A DNA stretch of 64,000 nucleotides from Octopus vulgaris (lineage: Eukaryota): NCBI GenBank assembly GCA_951406725.2, contig OX597833.1, positions 66,464,001 to 66,528,000 on the forward strand. Direction: 5' to 3'. The notes under the pieces are model-generated. The model searched no databases, was not told where the DNA came from, and worked only from the letters and a program-made list of their open reading frames with translations. Shown in pieces: positions 1-14,236 of the stretch (position 1 is its first letter; every line of letters begins with the position of its first letter). The position numbers were made by a program, and so were the translations under genes.

Positions 1-48
1 CAGATTTCAACCTCACAGAGGTGAAGTGTAAAATTTGTCTTTGGACTA

Positions 49-109
49 GAGTCTGATGAGCCTGTCTGCGAAGCTACAACACTCGTGGATGCGAAACCAC
101 TGGTCACTC
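49..109 (+). ncRNA. Minimal type I hammerhead ribozyme, apparently intact, Penelope-like-element type
   Basis: Stem I GAGT(49-52)/ACTC(106-109); core CTGATGA (53-59); stem II GC..GTCTGCGA/TCGTGGAT..GC (G10.1-C11.1 closing pair, 3 G-U pairs); GAAA (93-96); tiny stem III A-CCA-c-TGG-T; GUC triplet (103-105). (TA)n begins about 30 nt downstream. Confidence 0.8.
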
Positions 110-413
110 CTTTACCAAACCTTAACTTTATCACTTTAATATATATATATATATATACATATATTAAAGTAATAATAATATATATATATATATACGGCTT
201 ATAATAGGTAATGGTGTCATTGAGTCGCAAAGGTGTCAGGTAATGCTGAATAAGTGCTTTAGACAGGCCATAGTTAAGTTCCAGGTTCGGTGATTTTGCG
301 AATAAGGGGTTCAACGTTGGTCATATGTTAGCGTGTGTATATAAGAATTTTTTGCGTAATGAGATAAAAAAAAAACAAGGCTGTGTAGATATTAGAATAT
401 TTACAGATAGAAG

Positions 414-464
414 GTCTTGCAGCTGTTTCCAAGATATTTATTAATTATATCCCTTCATCGGAGA
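414..464 (-). ncRNA. Degenerate minimal hammerhead within a (TA)n-flanked repeat fragment
   Basis: Minus strand: TCT-CCGATGA-A-GGGATAT(aattaataa)ATATCTT-G-GAAA-CAGCTG-CA-AGA. Palindromic stem III; two core substitutions (U4>C, U16.1>C). Confidence 0.6.
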
Positions 465-595
465 TGGTGTGAGAGGATGGTTAAGTAATAATTAATTTAG
501 ATGGGATACAAAATAGAGAGTGAGGTGGAGGAAAGAAAATAGATGTGAGATATGTAGGGATATTTATATATATATCAAAGTAATAACATTTTTCT

Positions 596-762
596 TTCCT
601 TTTTTCTCTCTCCTTGTTTCTCTCCTTGTTTTTTCTGTGTCCCTTTCTGTAGAAGAGCGTAGGCTCGAAAGACTTTTTCAATTCATGAGCGTTATACTAA
701 TACATCCGTTTGTTTTGTACACCACCTCTCTTCGTATTTTGTTTTTTTTCGTAAACTCTCCC
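596..762 (+). mobile_element. Penelope-like terminal-repeat fragment with collapsed hammerhead-like motif; second copy at about 60121-60220 (-)
   Basis: CTTT-CTGTAGA-A-GAGC(gtag)GCTC-GAAAG at 643-671. Segments 697-762 and about 598-640 match the reverse complement of 60121-60220. Both copies abut (TA)n. Confidence 0.45.
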
Positions 763-772
763 TATATATGTA

Positions 773-846
<74 letters not shown>
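763..846. repeat. (TA)n microsatellite (one of dozens in the window)
   Basis: Direct reading. Confidence 0.97.
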
Positions 847-847
<1 letters not shown>

Positions 848-886
848 CCCCACGTTGTGGCCGTGGTAACCCAGGTTCGAATCCTG
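847..886 (+). pseudogene. tRNA-His(GTG) fragment: anticodon arm, variable loop and T arm only
   Basis: ACC-CCACG-TTGTGGC-CGTGG-TAAC-CCAGG-TTCGAAT-CCTG. 5-bp anticodon stem with GTG at 857-859 and canonical T loop; resembles invertebrate tRNA-His as I recall it. No D arm or acceptor stem. Confidence 0.8.
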
Positions 887-1167
887 CTTCAAAATGGTCT
901 CCTTATTCAATCCGAATTTGGAAATTTGCAATCTTTGAAACACGTGTAGAAAATAATAAAAAGGAATTTTGTAGAATCTTCGTTCAGCTCCATTTCTTCC
1001 CTTCACTAAATATATAAAACTTCAATTATCCGCGCTAAGGCACGGTTGCGACACCCCATGGTCGTAACCTCAACCGTGTTTTTTCTGTTGTGATTTTTGC
1101 TAGCCAGGTATCGGTTAAATTTTGAATAATCCGTAACAAGATAATTCATTTATCCATTTCAATAAAA

Positions 1168-1198
<31 letters not shown>

Positions 1199-2119
1199 TA
1201 TGCGAGAATATATGTAGATGCATGTATACACATATATTTAATAAAGCCGTATAAAATAATCACTGTTGAACCGCTGAGTCAGAAATAAATCATTACAAAC
1301 TACGATATATTGATTTCTTTTGGCAGCAAACAAAAAAATATTGTATTGTTAGGAAAGCAAAATGTCGTCCATTGATTCGAGATCCCCTACTCATGCACCT
1401 CATTGGTATTCATTGTGTTGAATCTCCATAAGGATCCATGTTAAAAAGGGTACCCTAGAGATAAATTAGGACTCGCATTGTAAAGGATCAGAATGTGTTG
1501 TTTTATACAGAATATGCTTTATTTTTGTGTATTTTTTTTTATCATTTATTTTTATCTGACGTTATTTGTTGTTTCTGTCCATGAATAATGTGAAGAAAAG
1601 GAAAAAAATTGAAGCTAAGTAAATATAGCTACCATAACCAATAGTTATAAATCGACTTTTGTCGCTGATCCCTTCAACACAAACACATATACACACATAT
1701 ACACAAATACACACACGCGCACCTTTTGAACAAGATTAAAAAAAATAAAAATAAATAAAGGACAAACAAAATGGCAGCTGTTTTTCATTGATTTTCCAAT
1801 CAATTCTTTTTCTTCTAACGTGATTTTTCAAACGAACGTCTGGGTATTTAAATAATTATTATTACCTGAAAGGAATACATTAAAAAGAAAAAAAAAGACA
1901 TCGGTCAGTTAATTTAAAAGTATAAAATTAAAGAAAGTATTTTCTTTCTTTGATCTTGTATAAAATTGAAGAAATATTTTTTTTACAAAAGAAAAAAAAA
2001 CGCATCTGAAATTCTGTGCCGTGAGAAGTTTATTATAATCCAGACACGCTTCAAAGACCTTGAAAATACTCGCAGTATTATTACATCACCTGTAAAATGT
2101 ATTATGTATATCAATAGTA

Positions 2120-2716
2120 ACGCACAAACACTTAAACACACACACACACACAGACGGGCAGACACACACACAAACACACACATACAATCACACACACACA
2201 GACACACACTCAAACACAAACACACAACACACGAACACATACACACACGAACAAACACACAACAAAAACAGTCATACAAACACAAAAACACACACACGCA
2301 CACACACACAGACAGACAGGCACACACACTAACACACACATACAATCACACACACACACACACAGAGACACACTCAAACACAAACACACAACGCACAAAC
2401 ACACACACACACACACGAACAAACACACAACAAAAACAGTCATACAAACACAAAAACACACATACGCACACTCACAAATACACACGCAACACACAAGCAC
2501 ACACACACACACATACAAATACAAACAGACAGACACGCACACACATACAAGCAAACACACGACACACAAACACATACACACATACAAACAGAAACACACA
2601 TGCACACACACAAACGCACAAACACACACATATACAAACACAAGCACGGACACACAAAACACACAAACACACACACACGCACAGTCACCAATACACACAC
2701 ACAAACACACACACAC
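2120..2716. repeat. Degenerate (CA)n region containing an about 160-bp tandem duplication
   Basis: CGAACAAACACACAACAAAAACAGTCATACAAACACAAAAACAC occurs at about 2248 and about 2416. Confidence 0.85.
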
Positions 2717-2896
2717 CAATTGTAACACCCATACAAAAATAGCGTCAAACCGTTCGCTTACGCCACTGATTTGGACAGCGCTAACATGAATGTGGGGAGG
2801 GAAGCAGTTGAATCGATTACATCGACTCCTCCAGTGCATGACTGGTACTATTTTATCGAAAGACAAAGTTGATCTCAGTGGAATTTATATATTATT

Positions 2897-3343
2897 TTAT
2901 TCTTTTATTTGTTTCAGTCATTTGACTGCGGCCATGCTGGAACACCGTCTTTAGTCGAGCAAATCGTCTCCACTTATTCTATTCTATCGGTCTATTTTGC
3001 TGAACCGCTAACTTACAGGGATGGGAACACACCAACATCGGTTGTCAACAGATGGTGGGGGACAAACACAGAGACATAAGCACAGTCACATACATACATA
3101 CATACATACATACATACATACATACATACATACATACATACACACACACTTATATATATATGCATATATATATATATTTACGACGGGATTCTTTCAGTTT
3201 CCGTCTACCAAATCCACTCACAAGGCTTTGGTCGGCCCGAGGCTAAAGTAGAAGACACTTGCCCAAGGTGCCACGCTGTGCGACTGAACCCAGAACCATG
3301 TGGCTGGTAAGCAAGCTACTTACCACACAGCCAATCCTGTGCC
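2897..3343 (-). mobile_element. SINE family A (tRNA head, CORE-like centre, internal microsatellite), near full length
   Basis: Reverse complement of the 52044-52444 copy: A/B-box head, TGGCACCTTGGGCAAGTG, tail CAGCATGGCCGCAGTCAAATGACTGAAAC. Confidence 0.9.
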
Positions 3344-4224
3344 TCTATATATAGAAAAACTGAAGGGCCGCAACAATGAGTGTGTAAATCTGAGAGGAGA
3401 AGAGGGTGAATTAAATCGTAATTAACTGATCCTCCTCCTACATTTACTTTTACCCAAAGCCAGGGACTTTTGACCCGCACTCGTATTAGGTTTACGCTCA
3501 AGAAATAATTAGAAGAAATATTTTATATTTCGAGCATATGCTCGTCTGCAGATCGAACAGATGAAGGGAGAATGAAGGAAGAGAGAAAAGAACAACCGTG
3601 TCTCAAGTTTAATAAATACTGTTTATTAAATTTATTTATTCTGATATTCATGGCACATTAACGTTCTCCATCTTGTTTGTGAAATCTCCTCAGTTACTTC
3701 TTGGATAAATTTGTTCCGCTTCACCGATTCCTTTCCATTCATTGATTTTGAAAAAAAAGACAGAATTGTCACGAAGTCACGACTGGAACAACTTTGATCA
3801 TAGGTTGTTGAAAGCTGGGACTAGAAAACAAGAAGAGCAACAGCAACAACAATCACATGTTGAAGGACGGGTTTCTGAGAGAGAAATTCAGCATGGTTTC
3901 TTGACTTGCAAGAAATAGCAGCCAAATCTCCCTCAAGTATACTTTATTGTTTAAGAGTTGAAGGACACTTTGGGTAATGCAGGCCTGGATGCATATTACG
4001 CGAAGAAAATTTTATGTTGGATGCTGCAACGTCTTTGATCATGGGCCTAGTCATTCAGCGCTAAACTTGTGCTAAAGGGTAACTGACGACTGAAGAAGTT
4101 CCATAATGAATCGAACCCACATCAGTAATTCAAGACTTAGCTAGCTAGGATCTTACTTAGCGACACAAACCCGTTTTCATCTCCTCTCCTCTTGTGTATT
4201 TCTGTTCAAAGCTGACATCGAATT

Positions 4225-4960
4225 AGTATAAAATTGACAATGCGATCAAATGACATTTTGACAGGTTCACTGGTGAAACATTGGCAGTGTGACAATGTGA
4301 AGTTGATAGCTTGTCAAAATGAAATGTTGGCGGGGTATCAGGTGATAGGTTGACAACAGACAGCTTGACAGCTTGAAAAGGCAATACTTTGACAGAAGAA
4401 CCAGATGAGTGATGGACAGCGTAACAAGGTGACAGAATAACAGGTTGACAGGTTAATCGGACAAGAGGTTGAGAGCGTGTAAAAGTAACAGATTGACAAA
4501 GAAACCAGATGACAAGTTGACAAGGAAAGAGGTTGGCATTGTTACTATTTGGAAGGTAGAAGGCGTGATAGGGTGACCGGGTGAAAAGTGAACAAGGATA
4601 CTGGATGAAACAAGGATAATGTAAGATGACAGGGTGGCCAAATGTCAAAGAGATACGTTAAGATGGAAATGCAGTATCCAGACGATAAATTGACCAAATG
4701 ACAGGGCGACTGGATTAGGGCGGAAAAGTGACCCGGTAAATGTCTGATAACGTAATTAGAGGAACGGTACACTTTGCCAAATTGACAATTGACAGGCTGA
4801 GAGTACAAAACAATTAACGGTTGACTTGGGCGGAAGTGTTTCGCATGGTGTCGAGGTTGAAAGATAACCGGATAACAGTGTGACCAGATAGTTAGGTGAT
4901 AGGTTGATAGCGTGACCGGTTGACAGGGAAACGAGGTGGATGGTTTAAGAAGATGGGAGG
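4225..4960. repeat. Degenerate minisatellite built on (G)GTTGACAG / GGTGACAG
   Basis: Many imperfect TTGACA/GTGACA/GTGATA units at 7-17 nt spacing. Confidence 0.7.
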
Positions 4961-5587
4961 AGTAAATGAAATCAATCGAAAGACTTGAAAACAAAGAAAG
5001 TCAGTTTACAAAACGGGGTTTCTTTGAATATTGCCATAAGCACGAGTGAAGATTTTCGCATTGTTCATTGAGCTGGAAAAATGGGATTGACACTGCCAAT
5101 ACTGTAAACAAACATCAAGACTACAACAACATCAAGAAGAAGAAGAAGAAGAAAGAACAACGGCAACAACAAAACAAAAGAATAAAGAAAAAAGCCGCAA
5201 GAATATTTCATTAAAGTAAGTTCAACGAGAAGTTTCGAGTGTGGAACGAGAACACGGCAAAAAAAAAAAAAAAAAAAAATTAAGAAGCAAAAGAGGAAAA
5301 AAAGAAAAGAAAAGAGAACGGAGAGCAAAAAGCAAAAAGGCAAAACCCAAAACAAACAAAAACCAAGCAAATATGAAAAGCAATAAAAGTTGAAAATAAA
5401 ATTAAAAAAATGAATAAACAAACAGAATTGCGATTGAAATATTTTGTATCGATTTCTGATGAGAAAGTCAAAGGCATGTCACGTGATACGGTTTTGTTTG
5501 CAAGCAACGTTTAGTCGTAAAATTATACATACATAAACACATACATACATATATATGTATATATATACATATATATATATATATATT

Positions 5588-5632
<45 letters not shown>

Positions 5633-5647
5633 AATATATATATATAC

Positions 5648-5683
<36 letters not shown>

Positions 5684-5846
5684 ATCGACATATATATATA
5701 TATTAAGACATCCGTACAAATATATATATCCCCACGTACACTTACAGGCATATGCATACATATGTATGGATACACATACATATATATGAGTGTATCCATA
5801 CTTACATCAATACACACACACATATCTGTGTGTGTTTTTGTGTATG

Positions 5847-5901
<55 letters not shown>

Positions 5902-5987
5902 GCTCAAAAATATACACATATGTGTGTGTGCACATACATACATAATACACAGACACACACACGACCACACACACACACATATATGTA

Positions 5988-6050
<63 letters not shown>

Positions 6051-6299
6051 ATATGCATAAACAAAAATACATATAGTATACATAGTGGAACACATGAATG
6101 GTATATATTTGAATGTACAAACAAGATTAAAAAGTACTCAATAACGTGGCAGAGTGTAATTAACTGCTATAGTGATGAAATTCCACCCCGTTGCTTCTCC
6201 GAGTTAGTGTATTCTTTGAAGAACACAAAGGATACCCACGTATGTATGCGTGAATGTATCTATCTATATATGTATGTATGTATGTGTTATGTTTTATTT

Positions 6300-6500
6300 G
6301 TTTTACTCATTAGAGGGCGGTCATGCAGGGGCAACACCTTGAAGAATTTTAGTCGAACGAATTGACCCCAGAATCTGTATTGTTTAAAGCCTGGTACTTA
6401 TGCTATCCGTCTCTTGTATCGAACCGAACTGATTAGGTCCGTAAACAGGCCAACACCAGTTGTCAAGCAGCGGTAGTAGACAAACACAGACACACACGTA
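6300..6500 (-). mobile_element. SINE family A, diverged 3' half
   Basis: GCGGTCATGC..AGTCGAACGAATTGACCCCAG..AAGCCTGGTACTTAT..CAACACCAGTTGTCAAGC resembles the family A tail. Confidence 0.7.
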
Positions 6501-7140
6501 TATATACATATAATAACATTATAATAAATAAAACATATGCATACATACATACATATATGTACATACCTACATCTATATGTATATATACATGCATATATGG
6601 GTACAAGACACCACAAATAAACGTAGAACACAACGAGAAACGAAAACATAAAACCAAACAAGGAAACGGAGTTTTTTTAACAACGAAAAAACAGAGAACT
6701 AGACAACCAACATAAGGAAAATTCCCCTTCTTCAGCTGCCCCTGTTTCGACTCAATGCGTGTTTCGAATGTAAGGGCAGATGTTTTTGTGTTTAGGAATA
6801 CAAAATGGCTGACCGTTAGTAAGAAGAGACACATAAATAAGAAAGAAGAAAGCAAAGGAACACTGATGAGGTCACAGAAGTGTGATAAAAGAACTCTGGG
6901 CGAAATAAGATTGAGATTAATGTAAAAAATAAAACTGAAGCAAATTAATACCAATATATAGTGCGTGTGTTTTTATTGGCTAAACTGGCAAAATGACCAT
7001 TCCTAAATACAACAATATCTGTTTCAGCACACGATTTCACATCAAAATCTTGCAAAGCAAATATATAAACGTATTTATATATACGTATTTATATATAAGT
7101 GTGTGTGTATAGGCGAGTACATTGCCAATGGCTCCATGCA

Positions 7141-7208
<68 letters not shown>

Positions 7209-7481
7209 AATATTCCCATATGAAGCACAAGAGGGAGAATTTTAAGGGAATCGGTGTAAGGATGAATGAATATGTATTTATATATATGTGTGTGTGTGTT
7301 TGTGTGTGTGTATGTATGTGTGTGAACAATAAATATATATGTATGTATATATATGTATATATATATATACATATATATTTATACATACCTATATATATAT
7401 ATAGTGAATATATATATATATATGTATACATATATATGTATGTATATATATATATGTATATATATATGTACATATATATGC

Positions 7482-7537
<56 letters not shown>

Positions 7538-7749
7538 ATGTATTTGTGTGCATGCGTCTATGTATGCATATGCATGTATGTATACGTTAGTAACATATAC
7601 ACAGTTGTGTTGGAAAGATATCCTAAGTTTTAAACATACAGTCAATATAGATGTATACTATGTAACTATATAAATGTTATATATATATATATATATATAC
7701 AATTACATATTTGTACATATATCTATATATATATGTATACACACATATG

Positions 7750-7815
<66 letters not shown>

Positions 7816-8012
7816 TATATATTTACGTATATATGTACACATATATATACATATTTAAACACACGCACACACTCACATATATATATATACATATATACGT
7901 AGATATATAATTACATATATGTACATATTGGTATATATATATGTACACACACACACATATATATATATATCATTACACACATATACGTATATATATATTT
8001 ATATATACATAC

Positions 8013-8065
<53 letters not shown>

Positions 8066-8434
8066 TACACACACACACCGATACATATACACATACTTAC
8101 ATATATATATACATACAAACACACACATACGTAAATTCGTAAGCAGAGCATAAATATATTCTAGGATTGTGAAAGAACTTTGTAGCTGGCGGTTACTAGT
8201 ATAGTCGTTGTTTAGGCGGTAGTGGTGGTGGTGGTGGTGGTGGTAGTTGTGCCAACTTTGGTGTTGTTGGTACTGCAGTGGTTTTTGCACTAGTACTTGT
8301 TGTAGTTACTGCTGTTGTTGTTGTTGTTGTTGTTGTTAGTATTAGTGATGTTATTCTTGAAGATGATAATAATGGCGGCTATGGTGGCTGTGGATATTTT
8401 CAAGTTTTGAGGTCGCCCCCTCCAACAACAAAGT

Positions 8435-8479
<45 letters not shown>

Positions 8480-8605
8480 GCACACATGTGTATGTGCTTG
8501 TGTGTATGTATATGTATTCATTTCATTTTGTCTCTCTCTCTCCCTCTCTCTCTCTATATATATATGCATATATAGATATACATGTATACAAATATATCTA
8601 CGTAC

Positions 8606-8794
<189 letters not shown>

Positions 8795-8997
8795 AAATGT
8801 AATGATCACATATACATACGCACAAACACATACACATGCCTAGGATTGTATGTGTGTGTGTATATCGATATATATATATACATACATGTCTGTATATATA
8901 TATATGTGTATGTATATAATGTCGGTGTATATTCATATATCTATATATGTGTGCACATACACTAATATACCAGCACAGCCGCATTAATCTATCTCAC

Positions 8998-9143
8998 CTT
9001 CTTCTTCTTCTTCTTCTTCTTCTTCTTCTTCTTCTTCTTCTTCTTCTTCTTCTTCTTCTTCTTCATCTTCTTCATCTTATTCTTCTTCATCATCTTCTTC
9101 TTCTTCTTCTTCTTCTTCTTCTTCTTCTTCTTCTTCTTCCTCC

Positions 9144-9183
<40 letters not shown>
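8998..9183. repeat. (CTT)n plus (CT)n microsatellite
   Basis: Direct reading. Confidence 0.97.
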
Positions 9184-9187
<4 letters not shown>

Positions 9188-9340
9188 GTTTATATATGGA
9201 AACTTAAGTGTGTGTGTATAGGCGAGTACATTGCCAACGGCTCCATGCATTCATATAACCATGCTTGTTTTTCTATGTGTGTGTATATATATATATATGC
9301 ATATATGTATGTATATATATATATATATACATACATACAT

Positions 9341-9381
<41 letters not shown>

Positions 9382-9640
9382 TGTATATATACATATATGT
9401 ATATATACATATATGTATATATATATATATATATATATGTCTATATCTATGTATGTATACATACAGTTATACAGACATACGTATATACATTATAGATACA
9501 TACATACACGTATATATATATATATGTGTATATATATCTGTGTTTCTGCATGTATACATGTAAGCTAAAACTGAATATTAATTCGTTGTTTGTTTCTCTG
9601 GTTGTCATACAACATTATTATTATTATTATTATGAATAAT

Positions 9641-9678
<38 letters not shown>

Positions 9679-10016
9679 TATTATTATTGTTGTTGTTATT
9701 ATTCTCTTCGTTTAGTTTTTTTTTTTTAACTCCTTCCGAAGATCAAAATTTTATTGAGGTACTTCTAAACTTTTCCATTTTCTTTGCGATTCTTCTTCGT
9801 TGCTTCTTGGATAAATTTGTTCCGCTTCACTGGTTCCATTCCCTTACTGCTTCTTTGTCTAACTTTTGTTATCAGCCATCTCCCCCTTCACCACCACTCC
9901 CCTCGCCACTCTTCTCCCACTCTTTTTATTTCGACATATTTCACGTAAACTCATACACACTAAGAGTTATATACACACACATATAATATATATATAATAC
10001 ATATATATATATATGA

Positions 10017-10065
<49 letters not shown>

Positions 10066-10798
10066 GCTTATATATGGATATATATACATATATATGTATC
10101 ATATATGTATATATATGGATATATATACATATATATGTATCATATATGTATATATATATATATATGTATATATGTATATATATATAAATACATACATACA
10201 CACACACACACATATATATATACATACATCGGATATGCAAACGCTCATATACATATATACATTCAGAGCTACGTGTGTATATGTATACGGTTGTATTTTA
10301 TACGTGTGAGTGTGTGTATGTATCTGTGTGTGAGTATGGGTGTGTGTGTGTGTGTTTGTTTAAACCTCACCCATATACGTAAGCACGCTCATAAATACAT
10401 GCGTACACGAATATATACATAAACGCATGTGTGAGTGTGTGTGAGTGTATGTGTGTGTGTGATTGCATGTGTGTGTGTATTTATATATACATATATATAT
10501 ATATACAAAATCATATTAACATATACATTCGCTCACAAGAGCATACAGTCAAACCCCAAAATGCCCGCATACACGGGAACACGTTATGTATACACATACA
10601 CACATTATATACACACAATATATACACACAATATATACTATGCACATACGTACACACACACATATATACATATATCTTTATCTATATATACATATATATA
10701 TACATATATATATATACATACATATATAGATAGACTTATATACACACACGTAAATATATATATATATATATATATAGATAGACTTATATACACACACG

Positions 10799-10835
<37 letters not shown>

Positions 10836-10883
10836 GTACATACGTACATACATATATATATATATATATATATACATACGTAC

Positions 10884-10918
<35 letters not shown>

Positions 10919-11077
10919 CATACGTACATACATACATACATACACACTCATATGTATATACTCATTCGACCACATACACACAATTCTACGCGTGCATATA
11001 TTGAAATTGCTTTTCATATTTTCCCCTCCTACTCCTAATTTCATATTCCTCTCACTACCACCTCTCTCTCTCTCAGA

Positions 11078-11135
<58 letters not shown>

Positions 11136-11308
11136 GGCAAGACCTACCGCACAGATGTACACATAAACAGTAACAAACATATATAAACATATATATACAT
11201 ATAAACATATATACGCTCCGTCCTTCACATCCTACATATGTGTAAGCTCCTCGGCTCACGCACATGCACACGCATATATATATATATCTACACATAGACA
11301 TACACACT

Positions 11309-11347
<39 letters not shown>

Positions 11348-11706
11348 ACTTTTTCTATATCTCTCTCATATATCTGATATACTCTCCATCCTTCCGTCTC
11401 TCTAACATCACTCTCCATATCACCATCACACCCTCTCTGTATAGCTCTCCCTCTTCCTCAAACCCTCACACTCCCCCTCCAGTCATAAACTGTCTTCAAA
11501 TTTCTCTCCCCTTAACTCCCTCTCCTTCAGTTCTCTCCCTCTTTTCCCTCTTTCTCTTTTCTCTCTCTTTCTCTCTCTGTGAGTCTCACTTATTTCTTCT
11601 CACCCATCCCCTTCGTAACTATTTGGTATAAAAACAGCGAACCGTACTTTCTCTTACTCTCTCCCTCTTAATTTCCACTCATTCCACATTAAATATGAGC
11701 ATATTA

Positions 11707-11763
<57 letters not shown>

Positions 11764-11865
11764 CATGTATATATATATAGATATGTCTGCGTGTGTTTCT
11801 GTATTTACATATACTAGTATGTGCCTGTGTGTATGAATGATGTATGCAACGTCTCTCTCTCCCCC

Positions 11866-11928
<63 letters not shown>

Positions 11929-12194
11929 CATACACACACTCAAATCGATATGATGTATATATAGCCAAAGCATGCACTCGTAAGCGGATGTTGATTCACA
12001 TGAATCAATATACACACACCTGGGTATATATATATTCACATATATATATATATATGCATAAATATATTTACCAATATATATACACACATATACATATACA
12101 TACACATTTATACAGCGCCTTCCACAGAGGAAGAATTAAAATAATTATGAACAGAAAAGTTCAGACACACATACATAAATACATATATATATAC

Positions 12195-12247
<53 letters not shown>

Positions 12248-12419
12248 TGTATGTGTGTGTATGAATATACTTATATGTATGTATGTGTATATACACACAT
12301 ATATAGTTACTAAATTCTTTATGTACAAATGTAAGGATACACAGAGACACTCATACAAGTATACTTCCATACTTTGCAATCACATGTATGTTTTTGCATT
12401 TTAAATTCTTTGAATCCTA

Positions 12420-12610
12420 CAAGAAGCCGGTTCCTACCAATCAAAGAATTCTCCACTACGGAAGTTTGGATAACAATAACAATAGGTGTTTCGTAATTTG
12501 TACAAAATATTAGGGAAGACTTGCATATTTTAACTGTTCCGCTTACAGAATGTGTTTTGTTAGGGGTCCCTTTGTTTTGCATGAACATACTAATTTTCTC
12601 CATGTCCTGA
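12420..12610 (-). mobile_element. Possible degraded 3' end of an RLE non-LTR retrotransposon
   Basis: Translation SVSGTVKICK resembles SISGTIKIWK at the end of the 19560-19866 fragment. Confidence 0.35.
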
Positions 12611-13127
12611 ATAGGTTTTGCTGCCTGGTGAGGATTTAGTTTCCCATCCACATGGGTTCTGGGTTTGGTTACTCTGTGTGAGGCTATCAAAGCCGTGGGA
12701 GTGGATTTGGTAGAGAGAAACTGAGCGACGATCGTCATATATGTGCGTGCATGTGTGTGTGTACATATAAATACATATATATATGTATATTTCTATACAT
12801 CTACATATGTGTGTATATATATATGAATGTATATATACACATATACATATGTATATATATATATACACGTATATATATATATATAAATATATATACACAT
12901 ATACATATGTATATATATATATACACGTATATATATATATATAAATATATATATGCATACATATATATACAAGCACTTATATACATATACACATATACGC
13001 ATATATATATATAGACATATACATATATATACATAAATAGATAAATATATTTGTATATGTATATATAAATATATTTATATATATGTATATATACATTTGT
13101 ATATGTATATATTTATGTGCTTGTACA

Positions 13128-13162
<35 letters not shown>

Positions 13163-13229
13163 ATATAAATAAATATCATTGTGCCCACATATGCATATCT
13201 ATATACGTATAGATGTATGTTCATATACG

Positions 13230-13272
<43 letters not shown>

Positions 13273-14236
13273 TATATTATTATGTGTATATATGAGTATA
13301 TGTATATACGTATATATATGTATATGTGTATGTGTATATATCTACATATATATGTGTATATATATTTATAAAGATATATGTAATTGCATAAATACACATA
13401 CATATACACACAAATATTAATAATCCTTGGAACGAGCCTGTATTCCTATAATGAAAACAGCAAAATAAAACTTTGCCGGTGTGAATTTAGGTTAACCAAT
13501 CTTAAATTAATTCACTATCAGAATACAAACTAGCATGGCTAAAAATAATGATGTGTACGTTTATTTTTAACATGTTCCTGCACAGTAGAAGTAAAATGGA
13601 ATTCGTTGCGGGATTTTGTCGCTGAAAACAAATTTCTACCAATAGATTTTTATTATAAAACCATACCAAGCTCCACACAACCTCAGTGGATTATATTTTT
13701 ACATTCAATATATTATAACTTTCGTATTTTATACTTCATAACTTAAATTACCTCTAAATATATATATTATTAGATATAAATCTCTGCCACATATCTATTC
13801 CCGTTTCTTCACATGTTTAGATGCGTGCGCACTCTCGCATGAATCTAAATTAATTCGTGCATGATTGAATAAGCACCCATACTCACACCCATACCCCCCC
13901 TTCAAATCTAATCCAGCTTCCCTTATTCCTCTCCCCTTAATCCTTCATTTTCCATGTTAAAAAATCAAACATAGGCAATAAAATTATTTATTTATATGTA
14001 CAAGGCACTTCATTTCATCTTGTTCCATATTACGCAGCCGAATTTTCATATAAAAACGCATTCAATATAAACACATACGCATAAACATACGTATTCATAT
14101 ACATACGTATACATGCACACATACGCATATATGAAAGCGCATATATTTTGTTTTCTTGAGCGCAAAACATAAAAGTGCTCAATACATTCGAGAAAAGAGG
14201 GGCGATAGAAAAAGTGCCCGGCATTAGAAACTAATA

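Noticed and set aside
4080-4126. CTGACGA/CTGAAGA as a possible hammerhead
   Set aside because: GAAC instead of GAAA, and no stem I or stem III pairing.
6861-6906. CTGATGA followed by the hairpin GTCACA/TGTGAT
   Set aside because: No GAAA in register and stem I of only 2 bp; compatible with chance.
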